A DNA stretch of 64,000 nucleotides from the human T2T-CHM13v2.0 reference genome, Homo sapiens, in assembly GCF_009914755.1 (NCBI RefSeq), contig NC_060942.1. The stretch is one strand, 5' to 3'. Positions within the stretch are counted from its first letter, which is position 1, and each line of letters begins with the position of its first letter. Position numbers and translations under genes: made by a program. The notes beneath the pieces are model-generated. The model did no database searches. It saw only the letters and a program-made list of their open reading frames with translations, and was not told where the DNA came from. This document shows, piece after piece, positions 13,183 to 27,133 of the stretch.

Positions 13183-14440
13183 TCACTGTACTTAAGCCTT
13201 GTGGACAGAGTGAGATCCTGATCAAAAAAAAAAAAAAAAAGTGTTCACACTGGAAGGAAAGCATAGACCTTCAGATTTGGTGTTATCAGATTCCATCCAA
13301 GACTGATTTTTTTTCCAGGCTTTGGAGCTCTCAGTCCCCTTCAGCTCAAAAGTATCTCCCTCTGGGCACTTTAAGTACATTGCTTAAAGATTCCATTTTA
13401 GCTAGTAAGTATACAGTATGAGGAGTCTTTTGATTGCAAGTGACTGAAAACCTAATAGGCAAGCATCGTTAGCTTCCCACACAAAGTGCTTTCCCTTGCT
13501 TCTAATACACTCCTGATTTTTTTGGATGGAGAGGGGGAACAGTGTGCCCAGCTGTAAGCAATAAAGTGTAATTGAGCTAAGCTATCCATGACCATTCTGC
13601 TTCCCTGTGCCAGACCCTCGCTTTGCCTTGCTGGCACCGAGGAATGAGTATGTGATTCATTTCTGGTCCATGAGATATAAGGGGAAATAGTTTGTATCTT
13701 TGAAGAAATCTGTCTAATTCATTTAAGTTGTCAGATTTATTGGCATAAAGTTGTTCACAATTATTTCCTTAATATCATTAATGTGAGTTCCTTAATATCT
13801 TTTTAATGTTTGTAGGGATGTCCCCTCTTTCATTCCTGACATTGCTAATTTCTGGTTTCTTTTTTCTTAATCAAGACTTCAAGTTTTGCTTGAGGCTTAT
13901 CAATTTTATTAATTTTTCAAAGAATCAACTTTTGGCTTTGTTTATTTGTTTCATTATTTGTTCTCTATTTATGGAGTTCTTCTCTTAATAAAATTAACAG
14001 ACAGCAAAATATGGCACTTTTGGGGGGGCAGATATTTCTGAGTTTTAGATTTGTGAAACGACCACCAAAATCATGACACAGAATAGTTCCATCATTCTAT
14101 AAAACTCCATCAAGTTGTACTCATGCCTTCGCCACATCCCAATTCATGGCAACCACAGATTTGTCATCTGTCACAATAGTATTGACTTGTCCAGAATGTA
14201 ATAAAAATGGAATCATAAAGTATGTTATCTTTTAAGGCTGGTTTCTTTGATTCATCATAATGCCTTTGAGATTCATCTGTGTTGTCACATGTATCAATAG
14301 TCGATTCCAGTCTATTACTGAGTAATATTCCACTTGTATCTATCATAGTTTGTTTATCCATTCAACCACTGAAGGACTTTGGGGTTGTTTCTGGATTTGG
14401 GTGATTATGAATAGAACTACTATAAATATTCATGGACAGA

Positions 14441-14768
<328 letters not shown>

Positions 14769-15607
14769 TTATTTCTCTAGAGTAAATATCTAGAGGTGGG
14801 ATTGGTGGGTCATATGGTAAGTACATGGTTAACTTTCAAGGAAACTGCTGAACTGTTTTCCAGAGTGTCTGCACCATTTTGCACCACCAGCAATGCATGA
14901 GTGCTCCAAATGCTCCCCATCCTTAACAGCACTTGGTATTGTCTTTTGCTGCTGCCATTTATCCATTCTAATGTATGTGTTGTCATAGCTCATCATGGTT
15001 TTAATTTGCATTTCCCTAAAGGCTAATGATGTTGGACAACTTTTCAGGTGCTTTTTGCCACCCATAAGTACTCTTTTATGAAGTGTCTGCTCAAGTCTCC
15101 CTCCCCATTAAAATTTTTTTTCTTACTATTGAGTTTTGGGAATTCTATGTTGGACATAAGTCTTTTGTCTAATTTGTGATTTGAAAATATCTGAGTCTGT
15201 AGCTTATATTTTCTTCTCTTACTAGTGTGTTTTGCAGAGCAACACTTGTTAATTTTTATGAACATCAATTTATTTTTTAGTGCTTTTAGTGTCATATCTA
15301 ATAATACCTAATACCAGACCATGAAGACTCTCTCTTATGTTTTCTTCTAAGAGTTTTACAGTTTTACATTTCACATGAATATATGATTTAGTTTGCATGA
15401 ATTTTAGTATAAGGCATGAACTATATCTTACACTAAAGGGTTTTTTGTTTTTGTTTTGCATGGAGATGCCCAATTGTTCTATTTGATGAAAAGTTCATCC
15501 TTTGTCCATTGAACTGCCTTTACATCTTTATAAAAAATCAATTGGTCATATTTCTCAATTCTCTAATCTGTTATATTATCAAGCATGTTATCTCACATGC
15601 TTGATTA

Positions 15608-15936
<329 letters not shown>

Positions 15937-16214
15937 ATCTGGTAGTTTGAATCCATTTAGCATTCCATATATCTTTTAGAATCAGCTTGCCTATATTTAC
16001 AAAAACACCCTATTCTATTGGAAATTCTATTGGAATTACATTAAATCTATTGTTCAATTTAGTGATGTCCATGAACACTCTACATCTCCCCATTTATTTT
16101 GATATTCTTTGGTTTTCTTCATCATCATTTTGTAGATTTCAGTATACAAATTCTACCCATGCTTTGTTCAATTTATTCTTAAATACTTAGTGTTTTATGA
16201 GCTATTTTAAATGT

Positions 16215-16513
16215 TTTTCTTTTGAGACAGTGTCTTGCTTTGTCACCCAGGCTGGAGTGCAGTGGTGCAATCTAAGCTCACTGCAGCCTCCACCTCCTGG
16301 ATGCAAGGATTCTCATTCCTCAACCTCCTGAGTAGCTGGGATTACAGGCAAGTGACACCACGCCCAGCTAATCTGTGTGTGTATGTATATTTAATAGAGA
16401 TGAGGTTTCGCTATGCCAGCCAGGCTGGTCTCAAACTCCTGGCCTCAAGTGATCCACCAGCCTCAGCCTCCCAAAGTGCTGGGATTATAGGCGTGAGCTA
16501 CTGCACCTGGCCT
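16215..16513 (-). mobile_element. AluJ
   Basis: Antisense dimer. Confidence 0.85.
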
Positions 16514-16596
16514 TTAAATAGTATTTAAACATTTTTTGATTTCCAGTGTTTATTGTCAGTATATATAAATGTAATTGATTTTTGTATATTGGCTTT

Positions 16597-19106
16597 TGCT
16601 ATGGACTAAGTGTTTGTGTTACCCTGAACTTTGTATGTTAAAGCCCTAATTCACAATGTGGTGGTATTTGGAGGTGAGGCCTTAGGAGGTGATATAGTTT
16701 GGATCTGTGTCCCTGCTCAAATCTCATGTTGAATTGTGATTCCTCAATGTTGGAGGTGAGGCCTGGTAGGAGGTGATTGGATAATGGAGGCAAGTTCTCA
16801 TGAATGATTTAGCACCATCCTCCTTTGGTGCTGTTCACGTGATAGAATTCTCACGAGATCTGGTAATTTAAAGCGTGTAGCACCTCCCCTCTTCTCTCTC
16901 TTCCTCCTGCTCCAGCCATGTAAGATGTGCCAGCTTCCCCTTTGCCTTCCACCATGATTTGAACTTTCCCAAGGCCTCCCCAGAAGTTGAACAGATGCTA
17001 GCATCATTCTTCCTGTACAGCTTAGAGAACCAAAAGCCAATTAATCTCTTTTCTTTATAAATTACCCAGTCTCAGGTATTTATTTATAGCAATGTGAGAA
17101 TGGACTAATACTGAAAATTGGTACTGAGGAGTGGGGCATTGCTATAAAGATACCTGAAAATGTGGAAGCAGCTTTGGAACTGGGTAATGGGAAGAGGTTG
17201 GAAGAGTTTAGAGGGCTCAGAAGAAGACAGGAAGATGAGGGAAAGTTTGGAAATTTCTAGAGGCTTGTTGAAGTCTTCCTAGAGACTTGTTGACCAAAAG
17301 GCCGACAGTGATATGAATAGTGAAGTCCAGGCTGAGGAGGTCTCAGATGAAGATGAGAAACTTATTGGGAAATGGAGTAAAGATCACTTTTGCTATGCTT
17401 TAGCAAAGAGCCTGGCTGCATAGTCCCCTGCTCTAGGGATCTGTGAAATTTTGAACTTGAGAATGATGATTTGGGGTATCTGGTGGAAGAGATGTCTAAG
17501 CAGCAAAGCATTCATGATGTGGCCTGGCTGCTTCTAACAACCTATGCTCATATGCACGAGCAAATAAATTAGCTGAAAGTGGAACTTACATTTAAAAGGG
17601 AAGCAGAGGGTAGAAGTTTGGAAAATTTGTAGCCTGGCAATGTTGTAGAAAAGAAAAGCCCATTTTCATGGGAGGAATTCAAGCAGGCTGCAGAAATTTG
17701 CATAAGTATAAAGGAGCCAAGTGCTAATAGCCAAGACAATGGGGAAAAGGCCTGGAAGGCATTTCAGAGACCTTTGTGGTAGCCCCTCCCATCATGGGCC
17801 TGGAGGCCTAGGAGGATAGAATGGTTTCCTGGGCCAGGACCAGGGCCCTGCTGCCCTACACAGCGTTGGGACACTGTTCCCTGCATCCCAGCCACTCCAA
17901 CTCCAGCCACGTCATATAGGGGCCCAGATACAGCTTGGGCCACTGCTCCAGAGAGTGCAAGCCATAAGACTTGGCAGCTTCCACATGGTGTTAAGCCTGT
18001 GGGAATGCAGAGTGCAAGAGTTGAGATTTTGGAGCCTCCACCTAGACTTCAGAGGATGTATGGAAAAGCCTGGAGGTCCAGGCAGAGGCTTGTTGCAGGG
18101 GTGGATCCCTCATGGAGAACCTGTACTAGGGCAGTGCAAAGGGGAAATGTGGGATTGGAGCCCCCATACAGACTCCCACTGGGGCACTGCTTAGTGGGGG
18201 AATGGCAGATCCACCAGCAGCTTGCACCCTGCACTTGGAAAAGCCACAGGCACTCAGTGTCAATCCTTGAGAACAGCTATAGGGGCTGAATCCTGCAAAG
18301 CCACAGGGTGGAGCTGTCCAAGGCCTTAGGAGTCTACCCATTGCATCAGCATGCCCTGGGTGTGGGACATGGATTCAACAGAGATTATTTTGGCACTTTA
18401 AGATTTAATGATTGCTCTGCTGGATTTGGGGCTTGCACAGCACCTGTAGCCCCTTTCTTTTGGTGGGCTTCTCCCTTTTGGAATAGGAGTATTTACCCTA
18501 TGCCTATACCTTCATTGTATCTTGGTTGTAACTAGTTATTTTACAGGCTTATAGGTGAAACGGTCTAACCTTGTCTCAAATGAGACTTTGGACTTTTGAG
18601 TTAATGCTGGAATGAGTTAAGACTTTGGGGACTGTTGGGAAGACATGGTTGTATTTTGCAGTGTGAGATGGACATGAGATTTGGGAGGGGCCAGGAGCAG
18701 AATGATAGAGTTTTGTTCTGTGTCCCTGCCCAAATCTTATGTCAAATTGTGTTCCCCAATATTGGAGGTGGGGCCTGGTGGGAGGTGATTGATTGGATCA
18801 TGGGGGTGAGTTCTCACGAATGATTTAACACCATCCCCCTTGGTGCTTTTCTTGTGATAGAGTTCTCAAGGGATCTGGTTATTTAAAAGTGTGTAGCACC
18901 TCCCCACCTCTCTCTTGCACCTGCTCCAGCCATGTAAGAGGTACCTGCTTCCCCTTCATCTTACACCATGATTGTAAGTTTCCTGAGGCCTCCCCAGAAG
19001 CCAAACAGATGCTACCATCATGCTTCCTGTACAGAAATAAATTTCTGTTGTTTAAACCACTCAGCTTATGGTATTTTTGTTATAGGACCCCAAACTCACT
19101 AAGACA
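16597..19106 (+). mobile_element. MLT1A-like LTR split by the MST element (pieces 16597-16690 and 19035-19106)
   Basis: TGCTATGGACT start and AATAAATTTCTGTTGTTTAA...CTAAGACA end typical of MLT1. Confidence 0.7.
16690..19034 (+). mobile_element. MST (MSTA/MSTB-like) MaLR element: LTR - internal - truncated LTR
   Basis: 5' LTR 16690-17112 (TGATATAGTTTGG...GGACTAATAC), MaLR internal region, 3' LTR 18703-19034 similar to the first. Confidence 0.88.
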
Positions 19107-19249
19107 ACGTTATATTTTACAATCTTGCTATACTCCCTTATTATTATTAGGAAGTTTTTTATAGATTCAGTGGGATTTTTTAGGTAGATGTTCAAGTTAC
19201 CTGCAAATTGGGAGCACTTATTTTTAAAATAAATAGCCTGCATAACTTT

Positions 19250-19548
19250 CTTTTTTAATTTTTAAAATTAGAGACAGGGTCTCGTTTTGTCACCCAGGCT
19301 GCAGTACTATGGCGTGATCATGGCTTACTGCAGCCTCAACCTCCTGGGCTCAAGTGATCCTCCCACCTCAGCTTCCTGAGTAACTGGCACTACAGGTGTT
19401 GCTACCACATCTGGCTTTTTAAAAATTTTTGTAGAAATGAGGTCTTGCTATGTTGCCAGGCTGGTCTCAAATTCCTGGCCTTAAGTGATCCTCCTGTCTT
19501 GACATCCCAAAGTGCTGGGATTATAGGTGTGAACCACCATGCCAAGCT
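19250..19548 (-). mobile_element. AluJ
   Basis: Antisense dimer. Confidence 0.85.
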
Positions 19549-21482
19549 GTGCATAATTTTCATATCTTGCCTTATTGTACTGGTTAGGACTTCAATTACA
19601 ATGTTGAATAGGAGTGCAGAGTAGACATCCCTTTTTTTGTTCTCAGTCTTAAGGAGAAAAACATTCGGCCTTTCATAATTAAGTGTTATATTAACTCTAG
19701 ATTTTTAGTAGATAACCTTTACAAGTTTGAAGAAGCCTCCTTCTATTCTTTTCATAAATGGATGTGAATTTTGTCAAATACTTTTCCTGCATCAATTGAT
19801 ATGACCATGTGGTTTTTCCTGTTGAGACTATTAATATGGTAAATTAGCTTCACTGATTTTTGAGTACTGAGTCAACCTTACAGTTCTGGGATAAACCCTC
19901 TTGGTCATGATGTTTTATCCTTTCTATACATTGCTGAATTAAATTTGCTAGTATTTTGTTGAGGAGTTTTGTGCCTACGTCTGTGAAGGATATTGGATTG
20001 TAGTTTTCTTGTACTGTCCTTTTTTTGTTTGTCGGTCTTTTACTGTCTGTGTCATTTAGATTCAGTAATTTCTATTGATTTATCACTATTTCCTCTGTCA
20101 TCTCCGTTTCCCTATTGAACCCATCAGGTGAATATTTTATTTTGATTGTTGTATTTTTCACTTCAAAAATTTCCATTCATTTCCTCTCTATATCTTCCAT
20201 TTCTTTCCTGATATATATCCTTCCATTCATTCACCCTTACTTTCAAAGCATGGTTATAAAACTTGCCTTAAAGTTTTTTCTGTGAACCCTAATGTCTGTA
20301 TCATCTAGGTGTTGGCATCACTTGATTTTTTTTTCTCTTGCAAGTGGAGATATTCCTGGTTCTTTCTGTGCCTAGTAATTTTGCATTGTATCCTGCACAT
20401 TTTCAATATTATGCTGTCAGATCCTGGGCATTATTTAAGTCATAAGGAGAATGTTGATGTTTTTCTTTAACAGTCAACTGCCCTAGTTAGGGTCAGGTTG
20501 CAAGTTCTGATCTGCATTGTGTGGGCTGTAGTTCCAATGTCAGTTCAGGTTTCACACATTTCCAGTTCAATTTGGGTCTTTGTGTCTGCCACCCAGTGGC
20601 CAATCTGGGGCCTAAGCGGTAGTCTATCTTGTAGCTCAGTTCTCAATGCCTGTGATGTGCCAGTTAGGGTCAGCTTCACACATGCGCAGTTTAGAGGCAA
20701 GCAGACAGCGCTCATACAAAACTTTAGGGGATCTCACTTGATCTCCATCTTCTTTGCAATAACTTTATCACTTTTCTGGCTCCCTGGGGTCTGTCTTACC
20801 AGTTCTTCAGTTAGAAAGCTGGGGTTTTAGTTTCCTGGTTTAGTTCTGCTGTTTACTTCTCCCAGCTGCATTCCGCATCCTGGTCCAAGCAGCCAGAGGA
20901 CACAGAGAAAATAAAAGCAATGGGGATTTGCTCCATGCTTCTGGGACCAAAGCAACTCTGTTCAGAACAAAGTGTTCATCTCCCTCTGAGTTTAAAGTGC
21001 CTTCCCACAGCCTGGGTGACAGAGTGAGGCCCTGTCTCTAAAATAAATAGATCATTAAATAAATTAATTTAATTAAATGCCTTCCAAAAGACTACTGCCA
21101 TTGCAATGCTGCTGACGCCAATGCTACTGCCATACTATTCCCTGAAGACTGGGGTAGAAGAGAAGGGAAATAAAGCAAAGAATACTGTATGTGGGATTTT
21201 CCCATTCTCTCTGACCCTTAGAATCCCCCTTTCCCACTCCAAACTTTATTAGGGCAGGGATTTTTTTTTAAAGCAGCTTCAATTTGTTTCTTCCAATACT
21301 TTTCTTTTTCATTGTGGTAAAATATATGTAACATGAAAATTGATCATTTTAACCATTTTAAGTGTACAATTCCTTAGGCCAGAGACAGAACTCTTATCTT
21401 GGAACTTTCTATTCATTTTCGGTGTGCACTTCTGGGTTTCAGGCTGCCTTTGAGTATAAGCAAAGAGATGCCAAGTGGGGAA

Positions 21483-21896
21483 TTTCGTGCGCATCTGTGT
21501 GAAGAAACCACCAAACAGACTTTGTGTGAGCAACAAGGCTGTTTATTTCACCTGGGTGCAGGTGGGCTGAGTCCGAAAAGAGAGTCAGCGAAGGGAGATA
21601 GGGGTGGGGCCATTTTATAGGATTTGGGTAGGTAAAGGGAAATTACAGTCAAAGGGGACTTGTTCTCTGGCAGGCAGGTGTGGGGGTCACAAGGTGCTCA
21701 GTAGGGGAGCTTTTGAGCCAGGATGAGCCAGGAGAAGGAATTTCACAAGATAATGTCATCAGTTAAGGCAGGAACAGGCCATTTTCACTTCTTTTGTGGT
21801 GGAATGTCATCAGTTAAGGCAGGAACTGGCCATCTGGATGTGTACGTGCAGGTCACAGGGGATATGATGGCTTAGCTTGGGCTCAGAGGCCTGACA
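21483..21896 (-). mobile_element. HERV-H 3' LTR (LTR7 family)
   Basis: Preceded by the PPT; about 25 substitutions and one 4-bp indel versus the 5' LTR (hand count). Confidence 0.93.
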
Positions 21897-24800
21897 TTCC
21901 TGTCTTCTTATATTAATACGAAAAATAAAACTAGATAGCAGTAAAATGTTGAGATGGTGAAAATTTTGGGGGGTGGTATGGAGAGATAATGGGCGATGTT
22001 TCTCAGGGCTGCTTCAAGCGGGATTAGGGGCAGCGTGGGAACCTAGAGTGGGAGAGATTAAGCCGAAGGAAGATTTTGTGGTAAGGGGTGATATTGTGAG
22101 GTTGTTAGAAGAAACATTTTCGTGTAGAATTATTGGTGATGGCCTGGATACGGTTTTGTATGAATTGAAAAACTAAACGGAATAAGAGAAGGAGAAATAC
22201 AGGTATTAAAGGACTAAGAATTGGGAGGACTTAGGACATCTAATTAGAGAGTGCCTAAAGAGGTTCAGCATAGCCTTGCCAGCAAAGATTATTTATTTAC
22301 TTTAAGAGTTAAGAGTGGCAGTTTGGGGATAGCACCAGGAGATATCAGCTGTGATGCCTTGGAGAAACAGTGTAAACCGGCAGTGTAAACAAGGGCAGGG
22401 CATGTATGAGTAGTTGAGAACGGAGAATAAGAGTATGACTAGACAGAAAATAGTAGGGATGACAAGTTTTTTGGGGCACAGTCCAAGTTGGTCTGGTGTC
22501 TGGGATGAGACTGGGGCCTAATAAAAAGGAGCATCTATACAGGAGCTCAAATGGGCTGTACCCTGCAGCATTGTGAGGACAGGCCTGAATTCTGAGAAGG
22601 AAAAGTGGTAAAAGTATTGTCCAGTCCTTTTTAAGTTGGTGGCTGAGCTTGATGAAGTGTGTGTTTAAAAGATCTTTAGTCCATTCTACTTTTCCTGAAA
22701 ACTGAGGACCATAAGGGATATAAAGGTTTCACTGAATACTAAGAGCCTGAAAAAATGCTTCGCTGATTTGACTAATAAAGGTTGGTCTGTTATCAGACTG
22801 TATAGAGGTGGGAAGGCTAAACTGAGGAATTATGTCTGACAGAAGGGAAGAAATGACTGCGGTGGCATTCTCAGACCCTGTAGGAAAGGCCTCTACCTAT
22901 CCAGTGAAAGTATCTACCTAGACTAAGAGGTATTTTAGTTATCTGACTCGGGGCATGTTGAGTAAAGCCAATTTGCCAGTCCTGGGTGGGGACAAATCCT
23001 CGAGCTTGATGTGTAGGGAAGGGAGGGGGCCTGAATAATCCCTGAGAAGTAGTAGAATAGCAGATGGAACACTGAGAAGTTACTTCCCTTGAGGATAGGT
23101 TTCCACGATGGAAAGGAAATGAGGGGTTCTAAGAGGCGGGCTAGTGGCTTTTACTATAGCATAGCCTGCCTTTGTTGGTGTGTAGCGATTAGGCCTGGTG
23201 GAACTGCCATCAATAAACCAAGTGTGATCAGGGTGAGGAACAGGAAAGAAGGAAATATGGGGAAATGGGGTGAATGTCAGTTGGATCAGAGAGATACAGT
23301 TATGGGGGTCAGGTGTAGCATCAGGAATAATGTGGGAGGCCGGACTGAAGTCCGGGCCAGGAAAAATGGTAACTGTGGGAGACTCAACAAAGAGTGAGTA
23401 CAGCTGAAGGAGCTGGGGAGCAGAAAGTATATGTGTCAGGTGTGAAGAAGAAAATAGATTTTGGAAGTTATGAGAACTGTAGAGAGTGAATTGAGCATAG
23501 TTTGTGATTTTAAGGGCCTCTAAAAGTATTAGGGCGGCGGCAGCCACCGCATGCAGACTTGAGGGCTAGGCAAAACAGTAAGGTCAAGTTGTTTGGATAA
23601 AAAGGCTACAGGGCACGGTCTTGGTTCTTGTGTAAGAATTCTGACTGCACAGTCCTGCACTTTGGCTATGGGTAATGAAAATGGTTGGGATGAGTCAGGG
23701 AGAGCTAGGTGGGGGCAGTCTCTAAAGCTGTCTTCAAGGAACGGAAAGAGGAGTGGGGAAAGGATTTAGGATCTATGGGGTCAGCTAGGTTTCCTTTTGT
23801 GAATTTATATAGTGGTTTTGTTAGGATGGCAAAACCAGGTATCTAAAGTTGAAAGTATCTAACCATGCCTAGGAAGGAAAGGAATTGTTGTTTTGTAGAA
23901 GGTGTTGGGGTTTGAGAGATCAGCTGGACACGATCAGCAGGGAGAGCACGTGTGTTTTTATGAGAATTATGCCGAGATAGGTAACAGATGAGGAAGAAAT
24001 TTGGGCTTGACTGAAATAATGGGGGCTGTCTGTGAATTCTTGCAGGTAATTTGCTGAGCCTAATGGGTGTCAAGGTCAGTGCAAGTGAAAGTGAAGAGAG
24101 GCTGGGATGAAGGGTGCAAAGGAATAGTAAAGAAAGCATGTTTGAGATCCAGAACAGAATAATGGGTTGTGGAGGGAGGTATTGAGGATAGGAGAGTATA
24201 TGGGTTTGGCACCATGGGGTGGATAGGCAAAACAATTTGGTTGATAAGGTGCAGATCCTGAACTAACCAGTAAGGCTTGTTTGGTTCTAGGACAGGTAAA
24301 ATGGGGGAATTGTAAGGAGAGTTTCTAGGCTTTAAAAGGCCATGCTGTAACAGGTGAGTGATAACAGGCTTTAATCCTTTTAAAGTGTGCTGTGGGATGG
24401 GATATTGGCATTCATCGGGGTAAGGTTGATTAGGTTTTAATGGGATGGTAAGGGGTGCATGATCGGTCACCAAGGAGGGAGTAGAGGTATCATACTTGTG
24501 GGTTAAGGTGGGGAGATACAAGGGGAGGATGTGAAGGAGGTTTTGAACTGGGGGAAAAGGTGGCAATGAGGTGTGGCTGTAGTCCAGGCACAGTCAGGGA
24601 AGCAGATAATTTAGTTAAAGTGTCTCGGCCTAATAAGGGAACTGGGCAGGTGGGGATAACTAAAAAGGAGTGCTTAAAAGAGTATTGTCTAAGTTGGCAC
24701 CAGAATTAGGGAGTTTTAAGAGGTTTAGAAGCCTGGCCGTCAATACCTACAACAGTTATGGAGGCAAGGGAAACAGGCCTTTGAAAAGAAGGTAATGTGG

Positions 24801-26703
24801 AGTGGGTTGCCTCCGTATTAAGAAGGGGATGGACTTACCCTCCACTGTGATAGTTACCCAGAGTGTCTGTGATGGTCCTGTAGGCTTCCAAGGCGATTGG
24901 GTAGTGTCAGTCTTCATCTGCTAAGCCGAGAAGATCTGGGAAGGAGTCAGTCAGAGAGCCTTAGGCCAGAGTTCCAGGGGCTCTGGAAGTGGCAGCCAGG
25001 TGAGTTGAACGTCGGATTTTCATTGGGGTCCCGCACAGATGGGATATGGCTTAGAAGGAATCCTGGGCTGTGGGCATTCCTTGGCCCAGTGGCCAGATTT
25101 CTGGCACTCGTAGCAAGCTCCTGGGGGAGGAGGTTCTGGAGGAACCCCTGGCAGCTGCGGTTCAGGCATTTGGAGTTCTTGTGTGCTGGAGATGTGGCTG
25201 GGGTTTGTCTCACAGTGGAGGCAAGGAATTGCAACTCAGAAATACGTTGCTACTTAGCTGCCTCTACTCTATTATTGTACACCTTGAAAGCGAGGTTAAT
25301 TAAGTCCTGTTGTGGGGTTTGAGGGCTGGAATTTAATTTTTGGAGCTTTATTTAATGTCAGGAGCAGATTGGGTAATAAAATAAAATGTGTATTGAGAAT
25401 AAGACAGCCTTTTGACCTTTCAGGGTCTAGGGCTGTAAAGCGTCTCAGGGTTGCTGCCAAATGAGCCATGAACTGGGCTGGGTTTTTCATATTTGATGAA
25501 AAAGAGCCTAAATACTAACTGATTTGGGAGAGACCAGATAAAGAAAAAGGAGCATTAACCTTGACTATGCCTTTAGCTCCAGCCACCTTTTTAAGAGGAA
25601 ATTGCTGGGCAGGTGGAGGAGGGCTAATCACAGAATGAAACCGTAAGCTGGACCAGGTGTGAGGAGGAGAGGTGATAAAAGGATTATAGGGTGGAGGAGC
25701 AGAGGCTGAGGAAGAATTGGGACTTAGCTCGGCCTGGCAAGGAGGGGAGAGGTCAGATGGGTCTGTAGAAAAGGAAGATTAGAAAGACTCAGCGACGCTT
25801 GGGGTTGGGACTGAGGGGACCAGTGGGAGGGGAGGCAGATTTGGGACGAGCTGCATTGGGAACAGAGACTAGAGAGGGACCGATGTGTAAAAGAATGCCT
25901 GGACATCAGGCACCTCAGACCGTTTGCCCAATTTACAACAAGAATTATTTAGATGATGTAGGATGGAAAAATCGAAAGTGTTGTTTTCTGGCTATTGGAA
26001 CCACTGTTGAGTTTGTATTGGGGTCAAGTGACATTGTAGAAGAAAAGGCATTTAGGTTTTAGGTCAGGTGTGAGTTGAAGAGGTTTTAAGTTCTTGAGAA
26101 CACAGGCTAAGGGAGAAGGAGGAATGGAGGGTGGAAGGTTGCCCATAGTGAAGAAGGCAAGTTTAAAGAGAAGGGTAGAGACACGGAGAAGGGGGTGGGG
26201 AGCAGCCCTGGGCTGCAACATGGGTGAGCAGCCAAAGCAGGCATCCCCGCAATTGACTTGCCACCAAAGGAATGTGGGTGAATGATCAAGGCAGGCATCC
26301 CCGCGGAGATCAGACACCAATGGAACGTGGGTGAATAATCAGAGAGGCGTCCCCACAATGATTAAACACCAAGGGAAGGCTGCCTTCTCGAGTCCGTGAC
26401 CGGCGCCGGAGTTTTGGGTCCACGGATAAAATGTGTCTCCTTTGTCTTTACCAGAAAATGAAAGGAATTGAAATTAAGAGAAAGGAGAGATTGAAGTGTG
26501 GCGCCAAGATTGAAAGGAGAAAGAGGTTGAGGGATAGTGAGGGAGGTTGAAGAAGAGAGTAAAAAGAGGCCACTTACCGGATTTGAAATTGGTGAGATGT
26601 TCCTTGGGCTGGTCGGTCTGAGGACCCGAGGTCGTAGGTGGATCTTTCTCATGGAGCAAAGAGCAGGAGGACAGGGGATTGATCTCCCAAGGGAGGTCCC
26701 CCA

Positions 26704-26721
26704 ATCCGAGTCACGGCACCA
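26704..26721 (-). other. Primer binding site for tRNA-His
   Basis: TGGTGCCGTGACTCGGAT, complementary to the 3' 18 nt of tRNA-His(GTG). Confidence 0.95.
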
Positions 26722-26723
26722 AA

Positions 26724-27133
26724 TTTCATGTGCGTCCATGTGAAGAGACCACCAAACAGGCTTTGTGTGAGCAACAAGACTGTTTATTTCACCTGGGTGC
26801 AGGCGGGCTGAGTCTGAAAAGAGAGTCAGCAAAGGGAGATAGGGGCGGGGCCATTTTATAAGATTTGGGTAGGTAAAGGAAAATTACAGTCAAAGGGGGG
26901 TTGTTCTCAGGCAGGAGTGGGGGTCACAAGGTGCTCAGTAGGGGAGCTTTTGAGCCAGGATGAGCCAGGAGAAGGAATTTCACAAGATATTGTCATCAGT
27001 TAAGGCAGGAACAGGTCATTTTCACTTATTTTGTGGTGGAATGTCATCAGTTAAGGCAGGAACCAGTCATCTGGATGTGTACATGCAGGTCACAGGAGAT
27101 ATGATGGCTTAGCTTGGGCTCAGAGGCCTGACA
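26724..27133 (-). mobile_element. HERV-H 5' LTR (LTR7 family)
   Basis: Followed on the minus strand by TT and the PBS; TATA-like and AATAAA (26783-26788) signals. Confidence 0.93.

Larger units (their letters stand above)
21483..27133 (-). mobile_element. HERV-H provirus, common deleted 5.65-kb form (no env, partial pol)
   Basis: Two LTRs of about 410 bp starting TGTCAGGCCTCTGAGCCCAAGC; His PBS; PPT AAGAAGACAGGAA; RT fragment (SPYNSPILPV...YSVLDLKHAFF, 24060-24566) and RNase H fragment (WFIDGSS, 23080-23547). Confidence 0.96.

Noticed and set aside
23080-24566. HERV-H pol ORFs as functional genes
   Set aside because: Fragmented, frameshifted and lacking the YxDD region
26704-26721. tRNA-His gene
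   Set aside because: Only the 18-nt retroviral PBS; no tRNA body
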